A stretch of 64,000 bases of DNA from an uncultured Planctomycetota bacterium. GTDB lineage: Bacteria > Planctomycetota > Planctomycetia > Isosphaerales > Isosphaeraceae. Within the stretch, counting starts at the first letter, position 1; every line of letters begins with the position of its first letter. The notes beneath the pieces were generated by a model. It was not told the origin of the DNA. It did no database searches and saw only the letters and a list, made by a program, of their open reading frames with translations. The stretch covers positions 992,001 through 1,056,000 of the forward strand of contig CAWGMQ010000010.1 of assembly GCA_963823665.1 (NCBI GenBank), given 5' to 3'. A program made the translations under genes and the position numbers. Positions 13,801 through 23,683 of the stretch are shown one piece after another.

Positions 13801-15991
13801 GTCAGTCCGCAGATCTCCGCTTGAGAAGCTCTCGTAGGTTCGCTTGAGGTTCTGGATGAAGGCCTTCTTGTCGGTCTGCGAATCGTGAATCAGGCAGCAC
13901 AGCTCGTCCAGCCCCTGCTGGCGAAGGCGGTGAAAAACGACGTCGATCGCCGCGCGCTTCTCGCAGACGAACAGGACGCGTTTGCCGCGCGCCACGTAAT
14001 CCGCGATCAGATTCGTGATGGTTTGTGACTTTCCGGTTCCGGGTGGTCCCTGGATGATATAGCTCGCGCCCGTCCGGCGCGGGCGATCGCTGTGGCCTGC
14101 GTGGCGTCGCACGCGATGATGAGATGCTGCTCCGATAGCTCGGGTAAGGGCGTCGGTTCTTCAAGCTTCTTCGGCGCGAGGGAGAAGACGGTATCAAAGG
14201 CCGTACTGGCCATGTCGGTCTCGATGAGCTTGGCGTAGTCGCGCACGAGCGTCATCTTGCGGTAGTTGAAATTGCCGAGCGTCTGGCTGCAGAGGTCGAA
14301 GTCCCACGAGTAAGGATTCTCATTGTGGCCGTCCAGGAGCGCGACCATCTGGCGCTCAATCTGGAGAACTTGACCTTCTGCCGGAGGAATCTCGGTCTCG
14401 ACGATCTGGGGCAGGCGCGGCTCGGGATCCGCACCCGCCAGAACCCGCTGAGGCAGAGGCGTGGGCCGAACCTTTTCGAGGAAAAGTTGCAGGCCAAGGG
14501 GCCGGAAACCGTCACGTTCGTAGCTATACACCGGCTTGGCCGCGAGTGGCGCGCGCGGGCCTTGATCTTCATGCGCCGTCGATACTGGTCCAACCTCTGG
14601 AAGGCTCGCTCGCGGATGAGCTCGATCTGTGGCCGCTCGATCTTGTTGAGCGTCACTCCCGGCTCGCTGGCTTCGATCTGTGCCCTGAGCGCCATATAAA
14701 ACTGATCAGGCGAGGTCTCGCGCAGATCGACCAGTTCGGGCAGGTTCAAGTTGTAGAGCTCCTTGAGGTGATGGCGCAACGCGGGGTTGACCTCGGCTTC
14801 GCTCGTCGTCGGGTCAAGCACGTAGTTATCCCTGACGCCCTTCTTTTTCACCAGCTCGACGGGCAACAACAAGAGGGGCGAATGGATGCGCTCGTTCGGC
14901 GTGTCCTTGAGGTTGTGCCACCTCAGGAAACAGAGCACGAGCCGGAGCTGGGCAAAGCCGAACTCGGCCCGGTCACGGTGCGCTTCGCTCATGATCTTGT
15001 CGAGCACGCCGGGAATGTACGGCGCGTCTTCGAACCGCAAATAACTGCCCAAAGAAATGGCTGAGCCCTGTGTGATCGCGGCGGCGATCCTGGAATGCCA
15101 GACGAAGAGCTGCTCCAGCTTGATGTTGCGGTAGTTGAGCAACAGCGGCACGGAGGCCGCGGTCAGGTTCAGAGTCCCGGCAGTGGGCTTGAAATGGATG
15201 AGCCGGTTGCGACGTGAAATATCGAACAGCCGGTCGCGAAGCCGCGATTGAATCAACCGACGCTTTCCGGCCAGCCCCGATTCCTTGAAGCCCGAAATGC
15301 GACTCAGGTCGAGGTCGGTCGTCGGCTCGCGGTAATTCTCCAGCCGGAGGATCACCTGGGCCAGGTCCGGGGCGCGGTTGTGGCGATTGAGCTCCGTCAT
15401 CTGCACGATGAGTGAGGCGACCACGGGATTGAGCCGAGGATTGATTTCGAAGAGGTTGGCCCTGCTCGCGACGAACGTCTCCAGCTCGCTTTGATCGGTG
15501 AAATCGAGCGCACATGAGATGCTCGCCAGCAGCAGTCCAAGTGAAAAGATGTCGGTCAACTCATCGTGGTGTCCAATCGCGTGCTCCCAGGACTGATAGC
15601 CCGGCAGAAAGACGGGCCTCGTGACGGTCTCGCCACAGCTCGCGATGCTCAGATCCAGATCCGTCACAGTCGCGCGATCGATGTCCGACGTGCGTCGCGA
15701 TAGGGCGACGACCTCCATTGCGCTGCTGGAGGGAGACTGCAATTCCTTGAGTCTGTCCGCGCTCTTTGAAGGTGGGACGGCCTTCCCCGGGTCAAACGTG
15801 AGAAATCCCTGATCGGCGAGGACCAGGTCTGTGATGCCCTCCAGCGGAGCGACCAGGCCGGAATCGTGCGCCGCGAGCACCTGCTTCATGAGCGGCAAGA
15901 GCGCGCACAGTGCGTCGTCGGTCTCGAACCCTCCTCGCGCGATGCCGTCTTTCAGGAACTTCAAGAAGCACGGCGGGGTGACTTCAACCAC
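10813..15991 (-). CDS. Large pseudokinase-DUF4011-SF1 (UPF1/DNA2-like) helicase with C-terminal Vsr/MTES_1575-like nuclease domain (frameshifts ~14535 and ~14075)
   Basis: DUF4011-like RLFDISRRNRLIHF, SPLLLLPVEL and EVNPAL; Walker A GPPGTGKS; DVVIFDEASQ, VGDEMQLPP, HYRS, VQGDERD and RLNVIFSR; C-terminal FRCDLAV..LGILVD..LRAFGW. GTG start at 15991 after a GGAGG RBS. Joins ORFs 14252..16006, 14007..14531 and 10813..14112. Confidence 0.85.
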
Positions 15992-17195
15992 GGCCTGCCT
16001 CCACACTGCCGAGCATCTCCTGAGCCTTCTCCTTGATCCGCTTCAGGTCGCGGGCTTTGATTTTCAGTTCCTTGCTCACTAGCGGCTCAAATTGGGAGCT
16101 GAGATCCAGATCGCGAGCCAGCTCGAGCGCGGCGGCAAGCGGCAGCTCGTCGAGGTCAGGATCAGCCGTGACGAAATCAAGCAGCACGTAACCCAGATAT
16201 TCGCGCAGTCCACGATCCGAGAACTTGAGGCCCTCCAGCACCGCGGGATTCCTGGCGGTCGCGGGCTGGATGTCGGCAAAGAAGAGCTTCGCGTGACCGA
16301 GAACGGCGGGTGTCTGAAACCACTTCGGATAGAGCAGGTACTCGAGCAACTTCCTCGTGCCGACGGCGAGCCGCCTCTGACCGATCAGGTCGAGCTCATC
16401 CAGAGAGTCCGCGCCTTCGATCATGGTGCAGATCCGCGCGGCCGCGTTTTCGCGCTCGAGATGCCAGAGTTTGAGCGCGCGTGCCCTGATGAACATTTCA
16501 GGATGCGAAAGCCCATCGCTCGCGACGTCGCCCGCTGCGAAAATCTCGTCTGCTTGTTTGAGATAACCGGGGGCGCTCACCTGCGCCAAGCCTGTCTGAA
16601 TCTTGACCAGGCCCGCGATCACGGGATGCAACTCGCCCGTGGCACAGAGCGAGCCGCGATCGGCGAAGATCTCGGTGTAGAGCTGATATCGCCGGGCGGT
16701 CTGAAATTGACTGGCCACGGCGCGCGGATCGCTGCAACAAGCGTGGATCAGCCGGTCGGCGATCAGGAACTCGCCGTTCTCGCGTTCCCATAAGTGAAAG
16801 TGTGCCAGTTCATGACCGATCACGGATTTGAGCTCGTCCGCAGTCAGAAGCGTGAGCACGGATCCCGAGAAAACGATATGGCCTTCACCCGGTACATAGT
16901 AAAGTGTGGCGTTGGTGGCGAGATTGTTCTGCTCCTGATAAAGGGTGACCGGGATCTCCAGTTGCAGCCTGGCGGTGACCTCTATCACCGTGGTGTAAAG
17001 ATCAGGGTGCCCATCCGGGTCCAGGCGATACGTGGATTTGAGCAAGTCGCGGCGCAAATTGTCGGTAAAGTCGGCTTTGGCCTCGGCCGACGCAAACCAG
17101 TTCCACAGATCGCGCTCGTTCGCTTTGAGGTAATCCCTCAATTCGAGGTGATAGTCCAGCGGTGCGAGTTGCTCTGGGGCGGAATCCCGGGCCAA
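15984..17195 (-). CDS. M48-like zinc metallopeptidase (soluble, no signal peptide or TM seen)
   Basis: NATL..GHIVFSG..LTADELKSVIGHELAHF (HExxH), EIFADR and SHPE..IRARAL. TTG start at 17195 after AGGAGAG; stop overlaps the helicase start by 8 nt. Confidence 0.85.
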   Translation of the reverse strand: MARDSAPEQLAPLDYHLELRDYLKANERDLWNWFASAEAKADFTDNLRRDLLKSTYRLDPDGHPDLYTTVIEVTARLQLEIPVTLYQEQNNLATNATLYYVPGEGHIVFSGSVLTLLTADELKSVIGHELAHFHLWERENGEFLIADRLIHACCSDPRAVASQFQTARRYQLYTEIFADRGSLCATGELHPVIAGLVKIQTGLAQVSAPGYLKQADEIFAAGDVASDGLSHPEMFIRARALKLWHLERENAAARICTMIEGADSLDELDLIGQRRLAVGTRKLLEYLLYPKWFQTPAVLGHAKLFFADIQPATARNPAVLEGLKFSDRGLREYLGYVLLDFVTADPDLDELPLAAALELARDLDLSSQFEPLVSKELKIKARDLKRIKEKAQEMLGSVEAGRG

Positions 17196-17419
17196 GGCTC
17201 TCTCCTGTGCGACCCAAGCAGTCTTGATTGTCGCACACTTGTGACGAAAACACATTATGGCCCAGAATCAAGCGCCTGATCCAGTTCGCTTGCCGCCAAG
17301 CGAGGCGCTCGCGAGACGGCGAGAAGTGCGACATAATGTTCTTGCTGAAGGAACGGGCGGTGCGCCGGGAGTCTGGCCGCGTGCAACACTCGCCGGTCAG
17401 CGACGAGGTCCGTGATGGC

Positions 17420-18172
17420 ATGATCGAGCTGATTGGTGTTTCCAAGTCGTATGGCGGATCCGTCGTGCTCTCGAAGCTCGACCTGTCGATCGCTGCGGGG
17501 CAGACTGCGGTGCTGATCGGTCCGAGCGGGTGCGGGAAGTCGACGCTGCTGCGACTGTTGATCGGACTGGTGGCTCCCGACACCGGCTCAATCCGAATTG
17601 GCGGCAAGGAGCTCGCACCGGCGACGATGCTGGAGATCCGCCGCCGCCTCGGTTACGTGATCCAGGACGGCGGCCTGTTCCCGCACTTAAGTGCGCGCGG
17701 CAATGTGGTTCTGCTGGCGCGATACCTGGGCTGGGAGAGCGGGCGGATCGACCGCCGGCTCGGCGAGCTCGCCGAGCTGACGCACTTTCCGAGCGAGGGG
17801 CTCGACCGCTTCCCGACGCAGCTTTCGGGCGGCCAGAAGCAGCGTGTGAGCCTCATGCGGGCGCTTTTCCTCGACCCCGAACTGATCCTGCTCGACGAAC
17901 CTCTGGGAGCCCTCGACCCGATGGTGCGCGCCGAGCTGCAGGCGGACTTGCGCGCGATCTTCCGCACCCTCGGGAAGACGGTCGTGCTGGTGACACACGA
18001 CCTCGCTGAGGCCGCGTGGTTCGGCCACGAGATCATCCTGCTGCGCGGTGGCCGGATCGTACAGCGGGGCGCGATCAACGAGCTGGTCGATCAGCCGGCC
18101 GAGCCGTTCGTCACCCAGTTCGTCAGTGCCCAGCGGCAGATCCTGGCATTGTCTGCCGGAGGAGAGTCTTGA
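17420..18172 (+). CDS. ABC transporter ATP-binding subunit, osmoprotectant/betaine class (OpuA/ProV/EgtV-like)
   Basis: Motifs GPSGCGKS, GYVIQDGGLFPHL, LSGGQKQRV, LLDEPLGALD and VTHD. Confidence 0.9.
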   Translation: MIELIGVSKSYGGSVVLSKLDLSIAAGQTAVLIGPSGCGKSTLLRLLIGLVAPDTGSIRIGGKELAPATMLEIRRRLGYVIQDGGLFPHLSARGNVVLLARYLGWESGRIDRRLGELAELTHFPSEGLDRFPTQLSGGQKQRVSLMRALFLDPELILLDEPLGALDPMVRAELQADLRAIFRTLGKTVVLVTHDLAEAAWFGHEIILLRGGRIVQRGAINELVDQPAEPFVTQFVSAQRQILALSAGGES

Positions 18173-19647
18173 TGCCTGGAATCGTTTTCCTCGCCGGGCT
18201 TCTGCTCGGTGCCCAGGAGGCAGAGCCGACGGTCCGGGTGGGATCGAAGGTTTTTACCGAATCGGTGATCCTGGGCGAGATCGCCCGCGGGCTGATAGAG
18301 CAGGCGGGTACCCGAGCGATTCACCGGCGCGAGCTGGGCGGAACACAGGTCCTTTTCCATGCGCTCGAATCGGACGAGCTTGATGTTTACGCCGAGTACA
18401 CCGGCACCATCTCGGGCGAGATTCTTTCGGGTAAGGGAATTCGCGACGAGAGCGCGATGCGTGCGGCACTGGCGGCTCGCGGGGTCGGAATGAGCCGGCC
18501 GCTGGGCTTCAACGACACGTACGCCATCGGGATTCCGGAATCGATTGCGGCGAAACGCGGAATTGCCAGTCTTTCCGACTTGAAGCGTCATCCCGAACTG
18601 AAGCTCGGGTTCAGCAACGAGTTCATGGATCGCGCCGACGGATGGCCGGGTCTGCGTGACCGGTACGGACTTCCGCAGCGCGACGTGCGCGGGCTCGACC
18701 ACGATCTGGCGTACCGGGCGCTTTCGAGCGGCCAGATCGAGGCCACCGATCTGTATTCGACGGATGCCGAGATCAAGCAGTACAGCCTTCGCGTGCTTCG
18801 GGACGATCTCGGTTACTTTCCGAGCTACGAATGTGTGTGGCTCTACCGCGCTGATTTGCCCGCACGGTCGCCGGCGGCCTTCAGAGCCCTCTCGCGACTG
18901 GAAGGCAGCATCACTGCGCTGGAAATGGCGGGGATGAATGCGCGGGCGAAGCTGGATCGCGTGCCCGAAGACCGCGTGGCGGCCGAATTCCTGGAGGCGA
19001 AATTCGGCATTGCGTCTCAGGTTGAGCACGAGACCTTTGTCATGCGACTGCTGCGGCGACTGAAGGAGCACCTGATGCTCGTGGGGAACTCACTCGGGGC
19101 GGCAATCGCAGTATCGGTGCCGCTGGGCATTGTCGCCTCGCGGGCCGCACGTCTGGGCGGGCTCATCGTGACAGTGGCGGGTGTGATCCAGACGATTCCG
19201 TCGCTTGCGCTTCTGGTTTTCATGATCCCCTGGCTGGGAATCGGTGCCAAGCCCGCGCTCGTGGCGCTCTTTCTTTACAGTCTGCTGCCGATCGTGCGCA
19301 ACACGGCTACCGGCCTCACGGACATCCCGGCATCGCTGCGCGAGTCGGCCGAGGCGCTCGGCCTGCCGCCTCTGGCGCGGCTCTTCCAAATCGAGCTGCC
19401 GATGGCGTCGCGCGCAATACTTGCCGGCATCAAGACGGCGGCAGTCATCAACGTCGGCACGGCGACGATCGGAGCCTTGATCGGCGCCGGTGGGTTCGGA
19501 CAGCCGATCTTGACGGGCATACGCCGCGACGACGTGTTCATGATCCTCACGGAAGGGGCGATCCCCGCGGCGGTGCTAGCGCTGGTCGTCCAGGGAGCGT
19601 TCGACCTGGCCGAGCGATTCTTCGTCCCAAGGGGGCTGAGACTTTGA
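18172..19647 (+). CDS. Fused betaine-class substrate-binding protein plus permease (OpuAC/OpuBB; EgtU-like)
   Basis: VGSKVFTESVILGE, DVYAEYTGT, GFNDTYA, EFMDRADG and YSTD, then TM region QTIPSLALL with EAA loop ESAEALGL. ATG overlaps the ATPase TGA. Confidence 0.9.
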   Translation: MPGIVFLAGLLLGAQEAEPTVRVGSKVFTESVILGEIARGLIEQAGTRAIHRRELGGTQVLFHALESDELDVYAEYTGTISGEILSGKGIRDESAMRAALAARGVGMSRPLGFNDTYAIGIPESIAAKRGIASLSDLKRHPELKLGFSNEFMDRADGWPGLRDRYGLPQRDVRGLDHDLAYRALSSGQIEATDLYSTDAEIKQYSLRVLRDDLGYFPSYECVWLYRADLPARSPAAFRALSRLEGSITALEMAGMNARAKLDRVPEDRVAAEFLEAKFGIASQVEHETFVMRLLRRLKEHLMLVGNSLGAAIAVSVPLGIVASRAARLGGLIVTVAGVIQTIPSLALLVFMIPWLGIGAKPALVALFLYSLLPIVRNTATGLTDIPASLRESAEALGLPPLARLFQIELPMASRAILAGIKTAAVINVGTATIGALIGAGGFGQPILTGIRRDDVFMILTEGAIPAAVLALVVQGAFDLAERFFVPRGLRL

Positions 19648-20622
19648 TCAGCAAACTGTCAAATATTGAACCGCAAAATATTCATTGGAGTCAACCCACT
19701 GACGCGAGAGCTTGAACCCGGCGTCGGAGGTGAGCCTCGCGAAGTGTTCGAGGGTGTATTTGTAGGAGTCTTCAGTGTGAATCGTTTCGCCCTGGCGGAA
19801 GGTGAAGGCTCGCCCGGCCACGTGGACGACCTGTTCCTTTTCGCTGACTAGATGCATTGCCATTCGCTGTTCGGCGCGAAGGTATGAAGCGCGGTGGGTG
19901 AAGGCGGAAGAGTCAAAGTCGGCGAAGAGCTCGCGATTGATTCGCGCAAGCACGTTCAGGTTGAATGCCGCGCTCTTGCCGTGGCGATCGTTGTAAGCGG
20001 GCCAGACGATCGATTCATCCTTGTCCAGGTCGAACCCGATCAAGAGGCTGCCTCCCTCGCCGACGAGCCGCGCAATTTGATTGAGCAGGGTCTGGGCAGA
20101 CGCGGGGCAGAAGTTGCCGATCGTCGAGCCCGGGAAGTAGACGACCCGACGCGCCACGGGATCGCCGGTATCCGGCAGCGAGAACTCAGCCGTGAAGTCG
20201 GCGTGGACTGGAAAGAACTGCAGCGAGACGAAGCTTCGCGCAAGATCGCGGACCGATTTCTCGAGGTGCTCGCGAGAAATGTCAATTGGAAGATAGGCAC
20301 GCGGCGGCCGAAGCGCCCGGAGCAAGAGCCGCGTCTTCAAGCCGCTGCCGCTGCCAAACTCAATCAAGTCGCAATCTTCACCGATCGCTTCGGCCATCTC
20401 GGGAGCGTGCGCACGAAGGATTTGCAGCTCGGTGCGCGTGAGATAATACTCGTCGAGCTCGCAGATCTCATCGAACAGGGCCGAGCCGGCGGCATCGTAG
20501 AAATACTTGCAGGGGAGCGCCTTCTGCGGCCGCGAGAGACCTTGAAGCACATCGCGCAGAAACTGTCTGCGCCACGAGATCGTGGCGCCATGTCCGGGAA
20601 TGGTGGCGTGTGATGCTGTCAT
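19648..20622 (-). CDS. egtD: L-histidine N-alpha-trimethyltransferase EgtD
   Basis: Motifs KALPCKYFYDAAGSALFDEIC, EYYLTRTE, LIEFGSGSGLKT, FPGSTIGNF, AYND, AAFNLNVL and ETIHTEDSYKY. ATGA overlap with egtB. Confidence 0.93.
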   Translation of the reverse strand: MTASHATIPGHGATISWRRQFLRDVLQGLSRPQKALPCKYFYDAAGSALFDEICELDEYYLTRTELQILRAHAPEMAEAIGEDCDLIEFGSGSGLKTRLLLRALRPPRAYLPIDISREHLEKSVRDLARSFVSLQFFPVHADFTAEFSLPDTGDPVARRVVYFPGSTIGNFCPASAQTLLNQIARLVGEGGSLLIGFDLDKDESIVWPAYNDRHGKSAAFNLNVLARINRELFADFDSSAFTHRASYLRAEQRMAMHLVSEKEQVVHVAGRAFTFRQGETIHTEDSYKYTLEHFARLTSDAGFKLSRQWVDSNEYFAVQYLTVC

Positions 20623-21923
20623 GTGTCTTTCGCCAGGCGCACGCCGCTGAACTGCCAGCGCGCATCGGGAGGGAAGAAGTTCCGGTAAGTCGCCCGAATA
20701 TGAGAGGCCGGCGTGGCGCACGACCCGCCGCGGAGCACCATCTGATTGCACATGAACTTGGCGTTGTATTCTCCGAGCGCGCCCGAGGCGGTGCGCAGAC
20801 CTGGGTACGGCGAATAGGGGCTACCAGTCCATTCCCAGACGTCGCCGAAGAGCTGTGCAAGGCTTGTGCCATCGCTTGCGGGGCAAGGGTGGAACCTGCC
20901 GTTTTCGAGGAAGTTGCCCGAGGGATCACGATCGGATGCTGCTTGTTCCCACTCGAATTCGGTGGGAAGGCGCGCGCCGGCCCAGCGGGCGTACGCGTCC
21001 GCTTCGTAGAAGCTCACGTGACACACAGGCTCGCAGTCGAGGAGGCGACGGAATCCGCCGAGCGTCATGATCCAATAATCGCAGTCTTGTCTTTCCCAGT
21101 AGAGTGGCGCTTGCCAGTGCGCTGTGCATACGGTATTCCATCCGTCGGAGAGCCAGAGCTCAGGGCGACGATAACCGCCGTCGGCGATGAACTCGACGAA
21201 CTCACCGCTCGTGACGAGGCGTGAGCCAAGCAGAAAGGGTTCCAGATAAATGCGGTGCCGCGGACTTTCGTTGTCAAACGCGAATCCACGGCCATTGTAC
21301 CCGGCCCACTCGAGCCCACCGGGATGGAACGACCAATCCATGGGCGGAGTCTCGGTTTTCGGGGCGGTGGCCGCGCCTTCGCTATAGGCAGGCCTGAGGG
21401 GGTTTTGTGCCAGCGCGTGTTTCACGTCGGTCAGGATGAGCTCCTGATGCTGCTGTTCGTGGTTCAAGCCAAGCTCGATCACGGCTGCTAGGTCGGCAGC
21501 GAGGGTATTCCCGGCGGCATCGAGAAAGCCGATCATCGCCTGGTCGATGCTGGCGCGATATGCGTAAACCTCGTCGAGGCCCGGCCGAGTGATCAGGCCG
21601 CGATGGGGCCGCGGCAGGCGGTCTCCGACAGCGTTGTAATAGGAGTTGAAGAGGAATTTGAACGATGGATCAAACGGTTCGAATGCGGGGGCGTATTGAC
21701 CCAAGACGAACGTCTCGAAGAACCAGGACGTGTGCGCCAGGTGCCACTTCGTGGGGCTGCAGTCAGGCATTGATTGAATCTGGCAATCCTCGGCTGACAG
21801 CAGGCGCGCGAGCTGCTCAGTCTGGCGGCGAACGGCCGAGTATCGCGCGCGCAAACCAGTCTCATCGAGCTGATGGCTAAGCCCGTCGACCGCCGCGGCT
21901 GCTGACAAGGTGCTCGATCCCAA
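20619..21923 (-). CDS. egtB: Ergothioneine biosynthesis sulfoxide synthase EgtB (DinB plus FGE-sulfatase domains)
   Basis: QSMPDCSPTKWHLAHTSWFFETF, FNSYY, HEQQHQELILTD (iron ligands), FDNESPRH, GDVWEW, EYNAKFM and RNFFPPDARWQFSG. Confidence 0.93.
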   Translation of the reverse strand: MGSSTLSAAAAVDGLSHQLDETGLRARYSAVRRQTEQLARLLSAEDCQIQSMPDCSPTKWHLAHTSWFFETFVLGQYAPAFEPFDPSFKFLFNSYYNAVGDRLPRPHRGLITRPGLDEVYAYRASIDQAMIGFLDAAGNTLAADLAAVIELGLNHEQQHQELILTDVKHALAQNPLRPAYSEGAATAPKTETPPMDWSFHPGGLEWAGYNGRGFAFDNESPRHRIYLEPFLLGSRLVTSGEFVEFIADGGYRRPELWLSDGWNTVCTAHWQAPLYWERQDCDYWIMTLGGFRRLLDCEPVCHVSFYEADAYARWAGARLPTEFEWEQAASDRDPSGNFLENGRFHPCPASDGTSLAQLFGDVWEWTGSPYSPYPGLRTASGALGEYNAKFMCNQMVLRGGSCATPASHIRATYRNFFPPDARWQFSGVRLAKDT

Positions 21924-21988
21924 CGCGGATTCCCCCAGAAGCGCTCCGACCGATTACGGCCTGTCTTTGCGTAGCAATCGATATGCCA

Positions 21989-22018
21989 TAGCATTGTCAT
22001 TTTTCCGGCGCAATGCTA
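21989..22018. promoter_or_regulatory. Inverted repeat (possible operator) between egtB and the divergent Uma2 gene
   Basis: TAGCATTG-14 nt-CAATGCTA, perfect 8-bp arms. Confidence 0.35.
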
Positions 22019-22160
22019 GACCCTGGGAATGATCATCGTTTGAGGGGATTGCGCTGGCTGAGCAGGCATAGTCTGCGCGGGAAGGCGGCTTGAACGGGCG
22101 ACCCGAGGCGGATAGGCTTGAACTAGAGTTACGATCGCTCGACTCGGCGAGGTAAGGAAG

Positions 22161-22865
22161 ATGTCCGGTCAAGCCCAGGTAGCGGATCCACCGCGCACAC
22201 TCGTCGAGGGCTTGCGGCTCGACCAGCGGGAGTTTCATGCACTTTATCAGGCGATGCCGCCTGGCACGCGCGCCGAACTAATCGACGGAGTCGTCCACAT
22301 GCCCAGCCCTTGCGGCATCGATCATGGCACGGCGCAGGTCCCTGTAATCGTGTGGCTTGCATACTACGCCGAGTTGACGGATGGGGTTCAGGTGCTCGAC
22401 AACGCGACCACCATTCTCGGTTGGAAGAGCGAGCTGCAGCCCGACGGATTGCTGCGCATCTTGCCGGAATGTGGTGGTCGCACGCCGAACGTGAAGGGGT
22501 ATGTTCATGGTGGACCAGAGCTGATCGTCGAGGTTGCCAGGGCGACCCGCTACATCGATCTGGGCCCAAAGCTAGCAGACTATGAGCGGGCTGGAGTTCT
22601 TGAGTACGTTGTTCGAACGTTTGAGCCAGACGAGATCTTTTGGTTCGTGCTGGAGAAGACCGGATTGGTGCAGCGGGCCGCTGGGGAGGGTGGGCTATAC
22701 CGGTCGGTGGTTTTTCCAGGGCTCTGGCTCGACCCGGTAGCGCTGATCCGAGGGGACACGCAACGGCAACGGATCGTTGTGGAAACGGGTTGCGCTGAGT
22801 CCGAGCACGCGGCGTTCGTGGACCGATTGGCACGCACCAAGTCGGGCGAGCAAGTTTCCGCATGA
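22161..22865 (+). CDS. Uma2 family (PD-(D/E)xK) endonuclease-like protein
   Basis: Motifs RAELIDGVVHMPSP, QPDG, PELIVEVA, DLGPKLADYERAGVLEYVV and SVVFPGLWLD. Confidence 0.88.
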   Translation: MSGQAQVADPPRTLVEGLRLDQREFHALYQAMPPGTRAELIDGVVHMPSPCGIDHGTAQVPVIVWLAYYAELTDGVQVLDNATTILGWKSELQPDGLLRILPECGGRTPNVKGYVHGGPELIVEVARATRYIDLGPKLADYERAGVLEYVVRTFEPDEIFWFVLEKTGLVQRAAGEGGLYRSVVFPGLWLDPVALIRGDTQRQRIVVETGCAESEHAAFVDRLARTKSGEQVSA

Positions 22866-23683
22866 ATCAGTGGCGGCCGCGCTGGCCATTTCGGAAAGCA
22901 AAACCCATGCCGACGGCTGACGAGCTATTCCGCGCCGAGCTGGACCGACGTGGCATCGCGTTCTCCCTCACGCCCGAAGGAACCTATGCCGTCGATCTGG
23001 GCGGCGCGAGCCTGGACGCCAGTCTGGACAACATCCGGCGCGACTACGAGCGTGACGGCGATGCGGATGCGATTATCCGCTTCGTGGATCGTCTGACGGT
23101 TGACTACTTCGCTGATATTCCATCATGGGATGATGTTCGCCCTTATCTTCGCTACTCGCTGGAAGGAATGTATCACGGCACGTTGCTCGACGACGTGTTG
23201 TTCGATCGGGTGACGGATGAACTGTGCAAGATCTACGTGTATACGCCGCCGGATGTGTCGTACATCACGTGGATCAATCATTTCACGGTGGAGGGCTGGG
23301 GCGTCAGTCGCGACGAGATCGTCCAGCAGGCCGAACTGAACATGCGCGAAATCGTGATGAACACCCAGGTTGAGTGCAGTGAAGTGCACGGCGTCAAGCT
23401 GGGATTGCTCTCTACGCACGAGACTCCCTTCAAGGCCTCGCTCATCCTCTCGCCGGCGTTCCGCGACCTGGTTTCGCCGGTGCTCGGCTGGCCGGTGTAC
23501 GTCGTCGTTCCGTGCCGCGATTTCGCCTTTGTGATCTCGGTGAATGAACGCGATTTCCTGCCGCGGATGGGCAAGGTCGTGATCCAGCAATTCCGCGAGT
23601 CGGGCTACCCGATCACGAAGGATGTTCTCGAGATCTCCGACAGCGGAGTCGCCGCGATCGGCACTTACCCGGATGGCGAGTAA
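22862..23683 (+). CDS. Hypothetical protein, possibly DUF1444/YtpQ-like (alternative start 22907)
   Basis: Well-formed ORF overlapping both neighbours; KASLILS..GWPVYVVVPCRDFAFVIS recalls the DUF1444 C-terminal pattern. Confidence 0.6.
   Translation: MNQWRPRWPFRKAKPMPTADELFRAELDRRGIAFSLTPEGTYAVDLGGASLDASLDNIRRDYERDGDADAIIRFVDRLTVDYFADIPSWDDVRPYLRYSLEGMYHGTLLDDVLFDRVTDELCKIYVYTPPDVSYITWINHFTVEGWGVSRDEIVQQAELNMREIVMNTQVECSEVHGVKLGLLSTHETPFKASLILSPAFRDLVSPVLGWPVYVVVPCRDFAFVISVNERDFLPRMGKVVIQQFRESGYPITKDVLEISDSGVAAIGTYPDGE

Noticed and set aside
20619..21923. Selenoneine synthase SenA
   Set aside because: No senB glycosyltransferase or selenophosphate synthetase is adjacent; the direct egtD coupling fits ergothioneine.
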